A DNA stretch of 64,000 nt, taken from Candidatus Kapaibacterium sp. Lineage in GTDB: Bacteria; Bacteroidota; Ignavibacteria; Kapaibacteriales; UBA2268. Below the pieces are notes generated by a model. It made no database searches, was not told the origin of the DNA, and saw nothing but the letters and a program-made list of their open reading frames with translations. Both the position numbers and the translations under genes were made by a program. Shown here piece by piece: positions 10,122 through 20,072 of this stretch (within the stretch, counting starts at the first letter, position 1; each line of letters begins with the position of its first letter). The stretch spans positions 2,528,001 through 2,592,000 of the forward strand of contig OY761611.1 of NCBI GenBank assembly GCA_963664875.1, read 5' to 3'.

Positions 10122-10165
10122 TAAGTATTTTAATTGGATGTATATTATATAAGTGGCGATAAGCA

Positions 10166-11332
10166 ATGTCAAAAAGAGATTATTACGAAATATTGGGTAT
10201 AAGTAAAGATGCTTCGGCTGATGAGATAAAATCGGCTTATAGGAAACTTGCTGTAAAATATCATCCTGATAAAAATCCGGATAACCCAGAAGCTGAAGAC
10301 AAATTCAAAGAAGCTTCTGAAGCGTATGAAGTTTTGAGCAATGACGACAAAAGAGCCCGCTACGATAGATTTGGTCACCAAGGAATGCGTGGCGGTCAGG
10401 ATTTTCACCAGTATTCGAATATCAACGATATATTCTCTGCTTTTGGAGATATCTTTGGCGGCGGCGGAGGTGGCGGCAGCATCTTTGAAGAGTTTTTCGG
10501 AGGTGGTGCGAGAAGAGGTCAAAGGAGACGTCAACAAGGCGAACCCGGTTCTCGAATTAGAATAAGAATTCCGCTAACCCTCGAAGAAATTGCTCAGGAA
10601 ACGGAAAAAACAATTAAATATAAAAGAATGATTATATGCGATGCCTGTAGCGGTTCCGGAGCAAAAGCCGGTTCCGGCACTCAGACCTGCTCCACCTGCA
10701 ACGGTCAGGGTGAAGTTCGTCAGGTATCACGCTCTATGTTCGGTCAGTTCATAAATGTTTCTGCTTGCCCTACCTGTAACGGTGCAGGCCAGGTAATTAA
10801 AGAAAAATGTGAAGTTTGCGACGGCGAGGGTAGAGTAAAAGGTGATGACACTGTAACTGTTAAAATCCCTGCCGGAGTAGAAGAAGGCAATTACATTCCA
10901 ATTTCTAATAAAGGAAATGCCGGCAGAAGAGGCGGCAGCACTGGAGATTTGGAAGTAGTTATAGAAGAAAAAGAACACGAACATTTCATACGTCAGGATA
11001 ATGATGTAATGCTTCCGCTTACCATTAGCTTCCCTGAAGCTGCTCTTGGTGCAGATATAGAAGTGCCTACTCTACAGGGCAAAGAAATATTGTCAATCAA
11101 ACCGGGAACACAACCCGGCACTAAGCTCTTGCTTAGAGAAAAGGGTATCCCGAATCTTAATGGCTACGGCAAAGGCGATCAGGTAATTCTTGTAAACATT
11201 TATGTACCTGAAAAGTTGAATTCTAAAGAAAAAGCAGCCTTAAAAGATATGGCTAAAAGCGAAAGTTTTAGCCCCGATAATGCAAGCAAAGGCAAAGACT
11301 TTTTTGGTAAACTAAAGGATTTATTCTTCTGA
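10166..11332 (+). CDS. dnaJ: Chaperone DnaJ
   Basis: J-domain HPD motif, G/F region, four CxxCxGxG repeats. Confidence 0.98.
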   Translation: MSKRDYYEILGISKDASADEIKSAYRKLAVKYHPDKNPDNPEAEDKFKEASEAYEVLSNDDKRARYDRFGHQGMRGGQDFHQYSNINDIFSAFGDIFGGGGGGGSIFEEFFGGGARRGQRRRQQGEPGSRIRIRIPLTLEEIAQETEKTIKYKRMIICDACSGSGAKAGSGTQTCSTCNGQGEVRQVSRSMFGQFINVSACPTCNGAGQVIKEKCEVCDGEGRVKGDDTVTVKIPAGVEEGNYIPISNKGNAGRRGGSTGDLEVVIEEKEHEHFIRQDNDVMLPLTISFPEAALGADIEVPTLQGKEILSIKPGTQPGTKLLLREKGIPNLNGYGKGDQVILVNIYVPEKLNSKEKAALKDMAKSESFSPDNASKGKDFFGKLKDLFF

Positions 11333-11333
11333 C

Positions 11334-11840
11334 ATGAAAGATAACCTATCAAAGATAACAAGAGCTTTAAGTATAAATAAGAATGAGGCAATTGTTGCTT
11401 TGGTAATGCTTGCGGGTTTGCTGCTTGGTATTAGTCGCTTAGTATTTTTTCCTAATGCCGGAGCAGATCCTGCGAAAATGAAAGAAGATATATTTGCTGC
11501 CTTCGACTCTGTAGCAAAAAATCAAGTTACAACTTACACCGGAAGCGACACAAAGGACACTCCTGACTCATCCCTTGCTTCCGGTGATTCTATATACGAA
11601 AAACCCTTGCTATTCCCCCAAGCTCCAAAAGCTAAACCCATATCCGGCAAAATCAACCTAAACACAGCTTCAAAAATTGAGCTGATGAGCATACCCGGTA
11701 TAGGTAGCAAAACCGCACTTAAAATAATTGAGTTACGCAAAAACCAACCCTTCCAAAAGCCGGAAGATATAATGAAGATACGAGGTATTGGGCAAAAAAA
11801 ATTTGAGCAGATGAAGGATAAAATTTGTGTAGGAGGGTAA
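11334..11840 (+). CDS. comEA: ComEA-family helix-hairpin-helix DNA-binding membrane protein
   Basis: N-terminal TM; KINLNTAS..ELMSIPGIG..A..II..R...F...EDIMKIRGIG. Confidence 0.85.
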   Translation: MKDNLSKITRALSINKNEAIVALVMLAGLLLGISRLVFFPNAGADPAKMKEDIFAAFDSVAKNQVTTYTGSDTKDTPDSSLASGDSIYEKPLLFPQAPKAKPISGKINLNTASKIELMSIPGIGSKTALKIIELRKNQPFQKPEDIMKIRGIGQKKFEQMKDKICVGG

Positions 11841-11878
11841 CATAAAAGGAGCAAGGGATTTTGCCCCTTTATCAGAAT

Positions 11879-12499
11879 CTATCTCAAAATATAGCTTTTC
11901 AAAACTGCAGTTCTTGAAAAGGTATTGTCGAACTCTTTGCCTCCAAACTCTTCCTGTACCATACCGATTCCCGGCACAAAATAAGTAAATGAGTAACGAT
12001 TCTCATCATCTTTGACGAAATACTTGATACAGTCTCTCTCTTTTGACATTATCTTTAGTTTAACTACGCCAACTTTTATCTTTCTACCCTTGTTCGAAAT
12101 CTCTCCGATTTTTGAAGCCTCTTTGATACTTAGCTTTTTCGGTTGTATTTCCCATACATCTTCATCGTCAGCACTGGAAGAGCCATATAGTACATTGTTG
12201 TAAGTAAATAGCCAAACTGATTCTTGTTTGATACCATCAAAATACATATTTGATTTGAAGGCGGTAACATCTGCATAATTGAAGAGAAAAGTGTGTTCTT
12301 CTTCTAAAATCATTTTGTATGATGAATATGTTGTGTCTCCTTCGTCTATTACAGTTACATCATAGTTCCACTCATTGCCCAAAGCAAGTGGCAGGAGGGT
12401 GTTGTCAGAAGGCGCTGTTGGACCGGTAGAGGAGTTGTCATCTCCGCACGAAACGAAAAGAAATGAGAATAAAATCAAGAATAAATAGTAGAATTTCAT
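11879..12499 (-). CDS. Hypothetical lipoprotein (start probably MKFYYL at 12499)
   Basis: Lipobox-like FVSC followed by GDDNSSTGP; PLALGNEWNY and YFVPGIGMV motifs typical of FCB lipoproteins. Confidence 0.7.
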   Translation of the reverse strand: MKFYYLFLILFSFLFVSCGDDNSSTGPTAPSDNTLLPLALGNEWNYDVTVIDEGDTTYSSYKMILEEEHTFLFNYADVTAFKSNMYFDGIKQESVWLFTYNNVLYGSSSADDEDVWEIQPKKLSIKEASKIGEISNKGRKIKVGVVKLKIMSKERDCIKYFVKDDENRYSFTYFVPGIGMVQEEFGGKEFDNTFSRTAVLKSYILR

Positions 12500-12691
12500 A
12501 GGAAATGCCAAGATAAATACAGAAATAATAATTATTATCAATATAAAGATAAATACTAAATAATCAAAGTTGAATTTTATAAGTAACTGCCTTGGTCTTT
12601 TATCTGTACTGCCATAACTTTATCACATAAGTTATGTTACACTGGCTGCATTTGTAGCTATAAAATGTGAAAAGAAATTAGTAGTAAACAC

Positions 12692-12727
12692 AAAAAAGCT
12701 AAACACACATAAGTATGTTTAGCTTTT
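12692..12727 (-). terminator. Intrinsic terminator downstream of topA
   Basis: AAAAGCTAAACA..TGTTTAGCTTTT stem. Confidence 0.7.
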
Positions 12728-12752
12728 CTTCTCAATTTATAAATAATAAATG

Positions 12753-15077
12753 TTAGAGTTCAGTAAAGTCTGTTTTGCACTCAGGACATTTATAATATTT
12801 CTCATATTCTCCTTCTACTTTTTTGTAGCGGACTTCGAGTGTAGGATTATTGCAATTTGGGCATTCATGCTCAATCGGTTCAAAATTGGTGATATAATCA
12901 CAATCGGGATAGCGTGAGCATCCAAAGAACTTGCGACGTGCTTTTTTGCTATAACGTTCTATTATATCCCCATCTCCGCATTTAGGACATTTCACTCCGG
13001 TAGTAATAGGTTTGATACCTTTGCAGTCAGGGTAGTCAGTGCAACCGTAGAAACTGCCAAACCGCGATTCGCGAATAAACATAGGTTTTCCGCAAATATC
13101 ACAAAAAACACCTTCAGCAAGTACAGGTTCTTTCTTTTCCTGCATCTCCTGTTCAATTTTCGGAAGGGGCTTGGTGCCTCTACAATCAGGGTACTTAGAA
13201 CATCCCAAAAATCTACCGCCTCTACTGATTCTTATGATCATTGGTTCGCCACATTCAGGGCAAGGGATTTCGGGGATGTCGCCATGCTCTTCAGCATACT
13301 TTAGTGATTTGGTAAAAGGTCCGTAGAATTGCTTCATCAAATCTACATACGTCAAATCACCATTTGCGACTATGTCAAGCTCTTGTTCCATTTCTGCGGT
13401 GAAGTCAACATTGAACAAAGTAGGGAAATTTTTGATTAAAACTTTGCATACATCCATTCCCAAGCCGGTCGGTACGAAAGACTTGGTTATCAGTTCCACA
13501 TACTCTCTGTCAATCAAAGTGCTGACAATTTGAGCATAAGTCGAAGGTCGTCCTATGCCAAGCTCATCGAGTTCTTTCACAAGCGACGCTTCGTTATAGC
13601 GAGCAGGTGGTTTTGTTTGCGAATGAGTTGAGTCTGATTTAGTGCATACTACTTGCTGGTTTTCTTCGAAAGAAGGAGGCAAAAGCTGTTTAGAATCATC
13701 ACCTTTACCATTTTCTATGTCACCATAAGCAGCAAGGAAACCTTTGAAGACAACAATGGAACCTGTCGCTCTAAAAGACAAATCACCACCATCAATAGAT
13801 ATAGTAGTCTGATCCATTATTGCAGGAGCCATCTGAGATGCAAGGAATCTGTTGAATATTAACTCATATAATCGAGCTTCGTCTTTTCCTGCATATTTTT
13901 TCACCTCTTCAGGCGAATAGCTCATGCTTGTAGGTCTGATAGCTTCGTGGGCATCTTGGATATTGGAAGATTTCGTTTTATATACATTTGGAGATTCCGG
14001 TAGGTATTTGTCTCCAAATTTATTTTTTATATATTCCGCTGCATTACCTTGAGCTTCCGGGCTGATACGAACAGAGTCAGTTCTCATATATGTGATAAGA
14101 CCGACAGAGCCGTCCGCACCCATGTTTATGCCTTCATAAAGCTTTTGTGCAGTTGCCATTGTTTTCTTATTCGAAAAACCTAAGCGTCTTGATGCTTCCT
14201 GCTGTAGCAACGAAGTTGTAAATGGAGAAGACGCTCTGCGTTTTATTTGCTTTTTAGCAATAGAGCTGATAGCAAACTCAGTTTTAGCTATTCTGCTAAG
14301 TATCTCTTTTGCTTCTTTAGCAGAACGGATATAGTGCTGAGCTGCAAGCTTTTCTTTGATAGCTTTATCTTCTTCCGGGTCGTCTGCAGCGGCTGAGCCT
14401 TCAGGGTTTTTGATTACTTTGCCATCAAAAGAATAAAGTTTTGCTTCCAAAGAGTCCTTAAACTCATTGGCAAAGACTCCCGAGATTGACCAGTAATCAA
14501 TAGGTTTGAAAGCAGAGATTTGGTCTTCTCTTTCGCAAATCAAACGCAAAGCTACTGATTGCACGCGACCTGCAGATAATGCTTTTGAGGTTTTTTCTAT
14601 CATCGCTCTGTTAAGAAACGGAGATACCTGAAAACCAATCAGTCTGTCAAGCACTCGTCTCGCCTGCTGCGACATAAAAAGATTTTCGTTGATGTCAAGC
14701 GGCTCTTTTAGAGCGTTTTTGACACCTGCTTTTGTAATCTCATTAAACAAGATGCGTTTAATGTTTGTATTACTTGGTTTTATGATTTCCGCTAAGTGCC
14801 AGGCTATAGCCTCACCTTCGCGGTCGGGGTCAGTTGCGATTAGAACTTCTTTAGCTTTTTTTGCACGCTCTTTAAGTTTTTTGATTATATCGCCTTTGCC
14901 CTTTATTGTAATATATTTTGGTTCGAAATCATTTTCGACATCAACACCAAGTTTGGTTTTTGCCAAATCCTTTATATGCCCGACAGAAGCTTCGACAATG
15001 TACTTGCTTCCGAGATATTTATTTATAGTTTTAGCTTTTGCGGGAGATTCCACAACAACTAAAGTTTTTTCAGCCAT
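12753..15077 (-). CDS. topA: DNA topoisomerase I with C-terminal zinc ribbons
   Basis: VESPAKAKTI, ATDPDREGEAI, SAGRVQS, LITYMRTDS, AHEAIRPT; C4 zinc-ribbon repeats. Confidence 0.98.
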   Translation of the reverse strand: MAEKTLVVVESPAKAKTINKYLGSKYIVEASVGHIKDLAKTKLGVDVENDFEPKYITIKGKGDIIKKLKERAKKAKEVLIATDPDREGEAIAWHLAEIIKPSNTNIKRILFNEITKAGVKNALKEPLDINENLFMSQQARRVLDRLIGFQVSPFLNRAMIEKTSKALSAGRVQSVALRLICEREDQISAFKPIDYWSISGVFANEFKDSLEAKLYSFDGKVIKNPEGSAAADDPEEDKAIKEKLAAQHYIRSAKEAKEILSRIAKTEFAISSIAKKQIKRRASSPFTTSLLQQEASRRLGFSNKKTMATAQKLYEGINMGADGSVGLITYMRTDSVRISPEAQGNAAEYIKNKFGDKYLPESPNVYKTKSSNIQDAHEAIRPTSMSYSPEEVKKYAGKDEARLYELIFNRFLASQMAPAIMDQTTISIDGGDLSFRATGSIVVFKGFLAAYGDIENGKGDDSKQLLPPSFEENQQVVCTKSDSTHSQTKPPARYNEASLVKELDELGIGRPSTYAQIVSTLIDREYVELITKSFVPTGLGMDVCKVLIKNFPTLFNVDFTAEMEQELDIVANGDLTYVDLMKQFYGPFTKSLKYAEEHGDIPEIPCPECGEPMIIRISRGGRFLGCSKYPDCRGTKPLPKIEQEMQEKKEPVLAEGVFCDICGKPMFIRESRFGSFYGCTDYPDCKGIKPITTGVKCPKCGDGDIIERYSKKARRKFFGCSRYPDCDYITNFEPIEHECPNCNNPTLEVRYKKVEGEYEKYYKCPECKTDFTEL

Positions 15078-15140
15078 TTAATAACCCTACCCTGTCATGT
15101 ATTATATTTATAAGTTTCTTCTTTTCCGTGGATTGCCAAC

Positions 15141-15150
15141 TGCAAATATA
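15141..15150 (-). promoter_or_regulatory. Bacteroidota-type -7 promoter element (TATATTTGCA) upstream of topA
   Basis: Matches the TAnnTTTG consensus about 65 nt upstream of the start. Confidence 0.5.
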
Positions 15151-15446
15151 AAAAATATAAAACTATATAAAAGATTCGCAGGAAAAAATATTTTTTCGTT
15201 GTCAAATATTAGTGCCAATTAGATATTTTTTTAGGGAAATAAAATAGCTTACAATAAGAAATGTGAAATGCCGTTTTAGTAACTAAGTATATGGCAATAT
15301 TCTATAAGATAGATATTGTGAATACTATTGTGATTTATATTGCTTCATTAGTACTCCCATTTTGTTAATGGCGGGACTACTCCTCTCTTGGTAGGAGAAG
15401 AATTACCAAGGAACTTCTGAACTAATCCCTAATTGAATGTAGATGT

Positions 15447-15479
15447 AAGAGTAGCTTTTAGCCCAAGCTACTCTTTTTT
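15447..15479 (+). terminator. Strong intrinsic terminator inside a divergent intergenic region, with no upstream CDS on this strand
   Basis: AAGAGTAGCTT-N7-AAGCTACTCTT followed by a T-run. Confidence 0.7.
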
Positions 15480-15735
15480 ATTATATATCTCTGCTTTAGG
15501 AATTTTATCTTATATGCTTTCATAAAACTGAATATTCCTATATTTGATGAGCTCCATTTTATCAGAGTCTCCCTGATGACTAATTCTATATTTTTTAAAC
15601 AAAAAGCTTAAAAGCCGGATTGTTGTGTAAAAAATTGAGCATCTCGTTGCCTAATTGCTTTTTAAAGTCTTGTTTCATACAACTTTTTGGAATATTTTGC
15701 GTAATTAAATTAATTAGTAAAAATGGATTTTATAA

Positions 15736-17391
15736 ATGATACAATTTGGGGTGCTTATGCGAAGATTTTTGATTGCATCCTTATCCGTAGGGATAGGGGT
15801 TTTTATTGGCGTTTTACTGACTCCGCTTATATCCGGCGATTCTATATACGAACAGTTCTACAAGTTCCAATATGTATTTAATACAGCTTATCAGAACTAT
15901 GTAGAAGAAGTTGATCCGGAAAAACTCAATGAAGCTGCCATAGAAGGTATGCTTAACGAGTTAGACGTACACTCTGTATATATGACTGCTGAAGAAATGA
16001 AAGCCGTAAATGAAGATTTTAAAGGTAGCTTTGACGGCATCGGCGTACAGTTTAATGTAGTAGATGACACGATCACCATTGTATCTGCTATTTCCGGCGG
16101 CCCCTCCGAGAAATTGGGTATAATGTCAGGCGATAAAATTGTAAAAATTGATGGCGAAGATGCTATCGGTATGGACAGAAATAAAGTTCCTGATAAACTC
16201 AGAGGTCCAAAAGGGACAATCGTTAATGTTGATATTAAAAGAACCGGAGTAGATGAGCTGCTCAATTTTGAGATCGAACGTGATAAAATTCCTCTTTATA
16301 GCTTAGAGACTGCTTTCCTTTTAGAAAACTCCGATATAGGCTTTTTCAGAATCAACAGATTTATGGAAACAACACACGAAGAGCTTGTAAAAGCCGCTGC
16401 TGAATTGAAAAGTAAAGGCATGAAAAAAATGATTTTAGACCTACGCGGCAACCCGGGTGGATACTTGAATCAGGCATTTATGATGGCAGACGAATTTATC
16501 AAAGGTGGTGACACAATAGTCTATACCAAAGGCAGACTTTCAAAAATGGACGAGACCTTTATCGCGAAAGATGGAGGTATTCTCGAAGATATACCCGTAA
16601 TTGTTCTTGTTGACAGAGGCTCTGCATCTGCATCAGAAATTGTATCCGGAGCGATTCAGGATTTGGATAGAGGTATGGTGCTCGGTGAAACTTCTTTTGG
16701 TAAAGGGCTTGTGCAAAGACAGTTCCCTCTTTCTGACGGCTCTGCTTTCAGACTTACGATTTCTAAATACTATACTCCTTCCGGCAGATGTATCCAGCGT
16801 CCATATAAAGACAAAGATAAATACCGCAGTCTGTATGGTAGATTAGACCTAAAAGAAGGCATGAATATGGAACACGCACTCGAATTGGTTCGTGCAGAAA
16901 ATGACTCTACAGGTGAAGAAATGAATATAGATTCCATTATGTACAAAACTAAAGCCGGCAGACCGGTGCTTGGTGGCGGTGGTATTTCTCCTGATTACAT
17001 TGTGAAATATGATACTACTTCGATAATGTACAGAAAGATTCTTGGCAAAAATCTGTTCTTCCTTTTTGTAGATCAATTTATGCAAGGCGATGGAGCAAAA
17101 CTTAAAGAAAAATTTGGAAGTGATTTCTCTGCTTTCAAAAGAGAGTTCAAAGTTGATGACAAAATTCTCGCAAAATTCAAAGATTATGTTATAAGTAAAG
17201 ACGTAGAGTGGTCTGATAAAGATTATGCTTACAGTAAATCCACTATTCAGAAAATTTTGAAAGGCAACATTGCTACATCAATCTGGAGTAGAGACCGAAA
17301 CTTAGAAATCTACTATGAAGACGAAAAAATGGTGGAAAAAGCAAAAGAATTATTCCCCGAAGCAGTGAAAATTGCAAAGATGAGAAAGTAA
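15736..17391 (+). CDS. ctpA: S41 family C-terminal processing protease (PDZ)
   Basis: FDGIGV, LDLRGNPGG, SASASEIVSGAIQD, SFGKGLVQ, YYTPSGR. Confidence 0.93.
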   Translation: MIQFGVLMRRFLIASLSVGIGVFIGVLLTPLISGDSIYEQFYKFQYVFNTAYQNYVEEVDPEKLNEAAIEGMLNELDVHSVYMTAEEMKAVNEDFKGSFDGIGVQFNVVDDTITIVSAISGGPSEKLGIMSGDKIVKIDGEDAIGMDRNKVPDKLRGPKGTIVNVDIKRTGVDELLNFEIERDKIPLYSLETAFLLENSDIGFFRINRFMETTHEELVKAAAELKSKGMKKMILDLRGNPGGYLNQAFMMADEFIKGGDTIVYTKGRLSKMDETFIAKDGGILEDIPVIVLVDRGSASASEIVSGAIQDLDRGMVLGETSFGKGLVQRQFPLSDGSAFRLTISKYYTPSGRCIQRPYKDKDKYRSLYGRLDLKEGMNMEHALELVRAENDSTGEEMNIDSIMYKTKAGRPVLGGGGISPDYIVKYDTTSIMYRKILGKNLFFLFVDQFMQGDGAKLKEKFGSDFSAFKREFKVDDKILAKFKDYVISKDVEWSDKDYAYSKSTIQKILKGNIATSIWSRDRNLEIYYEDEKMVEKAKELFPEAVKIAKMRK

Positions 17392-17447
17392 TCAGGTTGT
17401 AAAGTATAATACTGAAAGTAAATACTACTTCAATAAAACCATTAAAT

Positions 17448-17494
17448 AAGATAAGGCGTAAACAAAATGAATCACTTTGTTTACGCCTTATCTT
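17448..17494. terminator. Long perfect hairpin between convergent genes
   Basis: AAGATAAGGCGTAAACAAA..TTTGTTTACGCCTTATCTT. Confidence 0.7.
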
Positions 17495-17516
17495 TATAAT
17501 ATAGAAAATGTACTTA

Positions 17517-18326
17517 CTAATCTTGCCAGTATAAATCGGGTTGACGATCAGAAAATATGTCATTAAATTCGTTAAAAGATTTGTTCCTAGTTGCTTTAGG
17601 GTCTATCTCTGCTGAGATTATCTCTTCGCTTTTTTCGCCTGCTTTGGAGATTTGCTTACCATTGTAAGAATAGATAGCAGACATACCATTGAAGTATAAT
17701 TTTTCTTCATCTCTGGTTTCAGTGCCAATTCTGTTGGCAACTGCGAAATATACTTTATTTTCAAGTGCTCTCGAAGGAGTAGATATGTGCCAGACATCTG
17801 TAACCAAATTTGAAGGAGAAACTATCAAATCTGCTCCTTTCAAAGCAAGAGTCCTTGCGGCTTCGGGGAAACGCCAATCGTAGCAAATCATAGTACCCAA
17901 ACGAAGATCTTTTTCTTCATACTCGATTACTTCGAATCCGGTATCTCCTCTGTCGAAGCAAAAACGTTCTTTGTAAAACAAGTGCGTCTTGCGATAGACA
18001 GAAGAAAATTCTTTATCAGGAAAAATAACTGCTGCCGAATTGAAAACTTTATCTTCGGCTTTTTCTGCAAAACCGCCAACTATAATTATATTTTTCTCCT
18101 CTGCAATTTTTTGCCATGAGGAATAAGTATCTCCTGAAATAGGTTCGGCATATTTTTCGGTTTCTTCTCTTGAAGTGAAAAAGTAGCCCGTTGTAGATAG
18201 CTCCGGCAGGACTATTAAATCAGCATCGGAAGATGTAATAATATCATTGATTTTTTCCAAATTCGCTTCTTTATCAAAAAGCTTAGGACAAAATTGCACA
18301 ACGTCGATTTTCATATCCATAATCAC
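17517..18326 (-). CDS. Carbon-nitrogen hydrolase (nitrilase superfamily)
   Basis: Catalytic E-K-C triad motifs LPEL, YRKTHL, ICYDWRFPE. Confidence 0.92.
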   Translation of the reverse strand: MIMDMKIDVVQFCPKLFDKEANLEKINDIITSSDADLIVLPELSTTGYFFTSREETEKYAEPISGDTYSSWQKIAEEKNIIIVGGFAEKAEDKVFNSAAVIFPDKEFSSVYRKTHLFYKERFCFDRGDTGFEVIEYEEKDLRLGTMICYDWRFPEAARTLALKGADLIVSPSNLVTDVWHISTPSRALENKVYFAVANRIGTETRDEEKLYFNGMSAIYSYNGKQISKAGEKSEEIISAEIDPKATRNKSFNEFNDIFSDRQPDLYWQD

Positions 18327-18574
18327 TAATTAGTGGTTAAATTTGTATTGCAAACTATGCTTTATTTCAGCATCACGAAATTATATATTTGTCATATAAA
18401 GAAAATATATTGCACATTTACGCAGTATTTTTTTTATTTGTCTTTTATAATGACTTGAAGTTTCCTATTATGCATAAATCGTATAGGTAACTTTTGTAAA
18501 AGTATTTCGTATTTTTTTTGTTGAGAGGAAGATTCGACATACCGTAACAATAATGGTTTTTATTAACAAACGAA

Positions 18575-19459
18575 GTGCAGAGTATGCCTACTTCAAAGAT
18601 TTACAACATGTTTTTTAAGTCTGTTACTTATTTTATACTGGTTGTTTTGCTAACGTCTCTTCTACCACAAGAGCTATTAGCAAAAAAACGAAGAACAAAG
18701 GTAAGCAAAGATAGACGTAAGGAACAGGCTATCAATGTAATCAGGACACAGTCTGAGGAAGTTGCCAAACTTGCCGGATTGGATCCTGTAAAGTCAGACT
18801 CACTCTCCACCGATTCTCTTTATGCAGACATAGCAGAAATGCTAAACTCGTCCGAAATTGATTCGCTTAGTTGCCGTTACCCTGATTCAGAGGATTCACA
18901 AGAAGGTGATTTAGGCGAAGATCCTGCAGAGCTCGAAGCAGAAGACGACGTACAAGTCGAAATCGACGACATTAAGATGCTTTGGCTGACTTTTGTCGAA
19001 GATGAAGACGACAAAATGCTCACCAACAGCGGAATCCGTAAAAATGTTCTTATGGAAAACATAATGGATTGGCTCGGAACTCCTTACAGGTTCGGAGGGC
19101 AATCAAACAGAGCTATTGACTGCTCTGCTTTCACACAGAGAATGTTTTTAGAGACTTGCGACATAGAACTTCCACGTACTGCAAGAACCCAAATAAAAGT
19201 AGGTACGCACGTGGACAGACGCAATCTTCAGTTTGGCGATTTGATATTTTTCAATACTTATTCGCGTCGTTTTGCTTCTCACGTAGGAATTTATTTGGGC
19301 GACAATCTTTTTGCTCATGCGAGTTCAAGGTACGGAGTTACAGTAACTTCTCTCGAAAGTACCTATTACAAGAAGAGGTTTATCGAGGGACGGAGAATTG
19401 GAGTCAGAGATTTGATTAAATACAGTGTTAACGACACTGTCAAATTTGGAAAAAAATAA
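18575..19459 (+). CDS. NlpC/P60 (C40) cell-wall peptidase; true start probably slightly downstream
   Basis: GTPYRFGG..IDCSAF, LPRTA, GDLIFF, HVGIYLG..FAHA. Confidence 0.92.
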   Translation: MQSMPTSKIYNMFFKSVTYFILVVLLTSLLPQELLAKKRRTKVSKDRRKEQAINVIRTQSEEVAKLAGLDPVKSDSLSTDSLYADIAEMLNSSEIDSLSCRYPDSEDSQEGDLGEDPAELEAEDDVQVEIDDIKMLWLTFVEDEDDKMLTNSGIRKNVLMENIMDWLGTPYRFGGQSNRAIDCSAFTQRMFLETCDIELPRTARTQIKVGTHVDRRNLQFGDLIFFNTYSRRFASHVGIYLGDNLFAHASSRYGVTVTSLESTYYKKRFIEGRRIGVRDLIKYSVNDTVKFGKK

Positions 19460-19678
19460 TTTAATATAGAGGTCTTTTGCAAAAATGGCCTCTTTTTTTT
19501 CGACAATATTGTTGCTTTTTCGTCGCTTATGTCGAAATCTGTACTGAGTTAACATCAATAGACTATTTTGCAATTCCTATATATATATAATATTTACAAT
19601 CTCATATCTTGTATTCCTCTGCTTTGGCATAAGAATTGGATAAGCTAAAACATTCATTTAATTCGGTTTGAGGAAAAT

Positions 19679-20059
19679 ATGAAGCATATAATGAAATTAT
19701 TGCTCTCCTTTGTAGCTGCATTTCTAGTTTTTACTGCCGCTGCATTTGCTTGCGAAATTGAATTTAAAGTATTAAAAGGTGCGAAGCAGACGTATTCTAA
19801 AGACGACGAAATAATTGTCAAAGTTGAAGTCTTTTTCACTCACAAAAACTGTCCTGAGGGTATCTCCAAAACTAAGTTCCAACCTAATGGAGTAGAAATA
19901 GTTTCCGGCACTAAATGGCGAGAAACCTCTTCCGGTCAGTTCGAACGCAAGCTTAAATTAAAAGTTACCAAAGACGGTAAAGGCAAAGCTGTACTTAAAG
20001 CAGTCAGAGAATGCGACAAGGAAGGCGGTCTTGGTACACTTGAATTGAAAACTAAATAG
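19679..20059 (+). CDS. Small secreted hypothetical protein with three Cys
   Basis: Signal peptide AFA-C; 13 nt gap to the downstream Fe-S membrane gene. Confidence 0.7.
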   Translation: MKHIMKLLLSFVAAFLVFTAAAFACEIEFKVLKGAKQTYSKDDEIIVKVEVFFTHKNCPEGISKTKFQPNGVEIVSGTKWRETSSGQFERKLKLKVTKDGKGKAVLKAVRECDKEGGLGTLELKTK

Positions 20060-20072
20060 AGAAATAATTCTG

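Noticed and set aside
15201-15218. Sigma-54-like TTGGCACTAATATTTGAC upstream of topA
   Set aside because: Poor -12 element, and a better TAnnTTTG promoter lies closer to the gene
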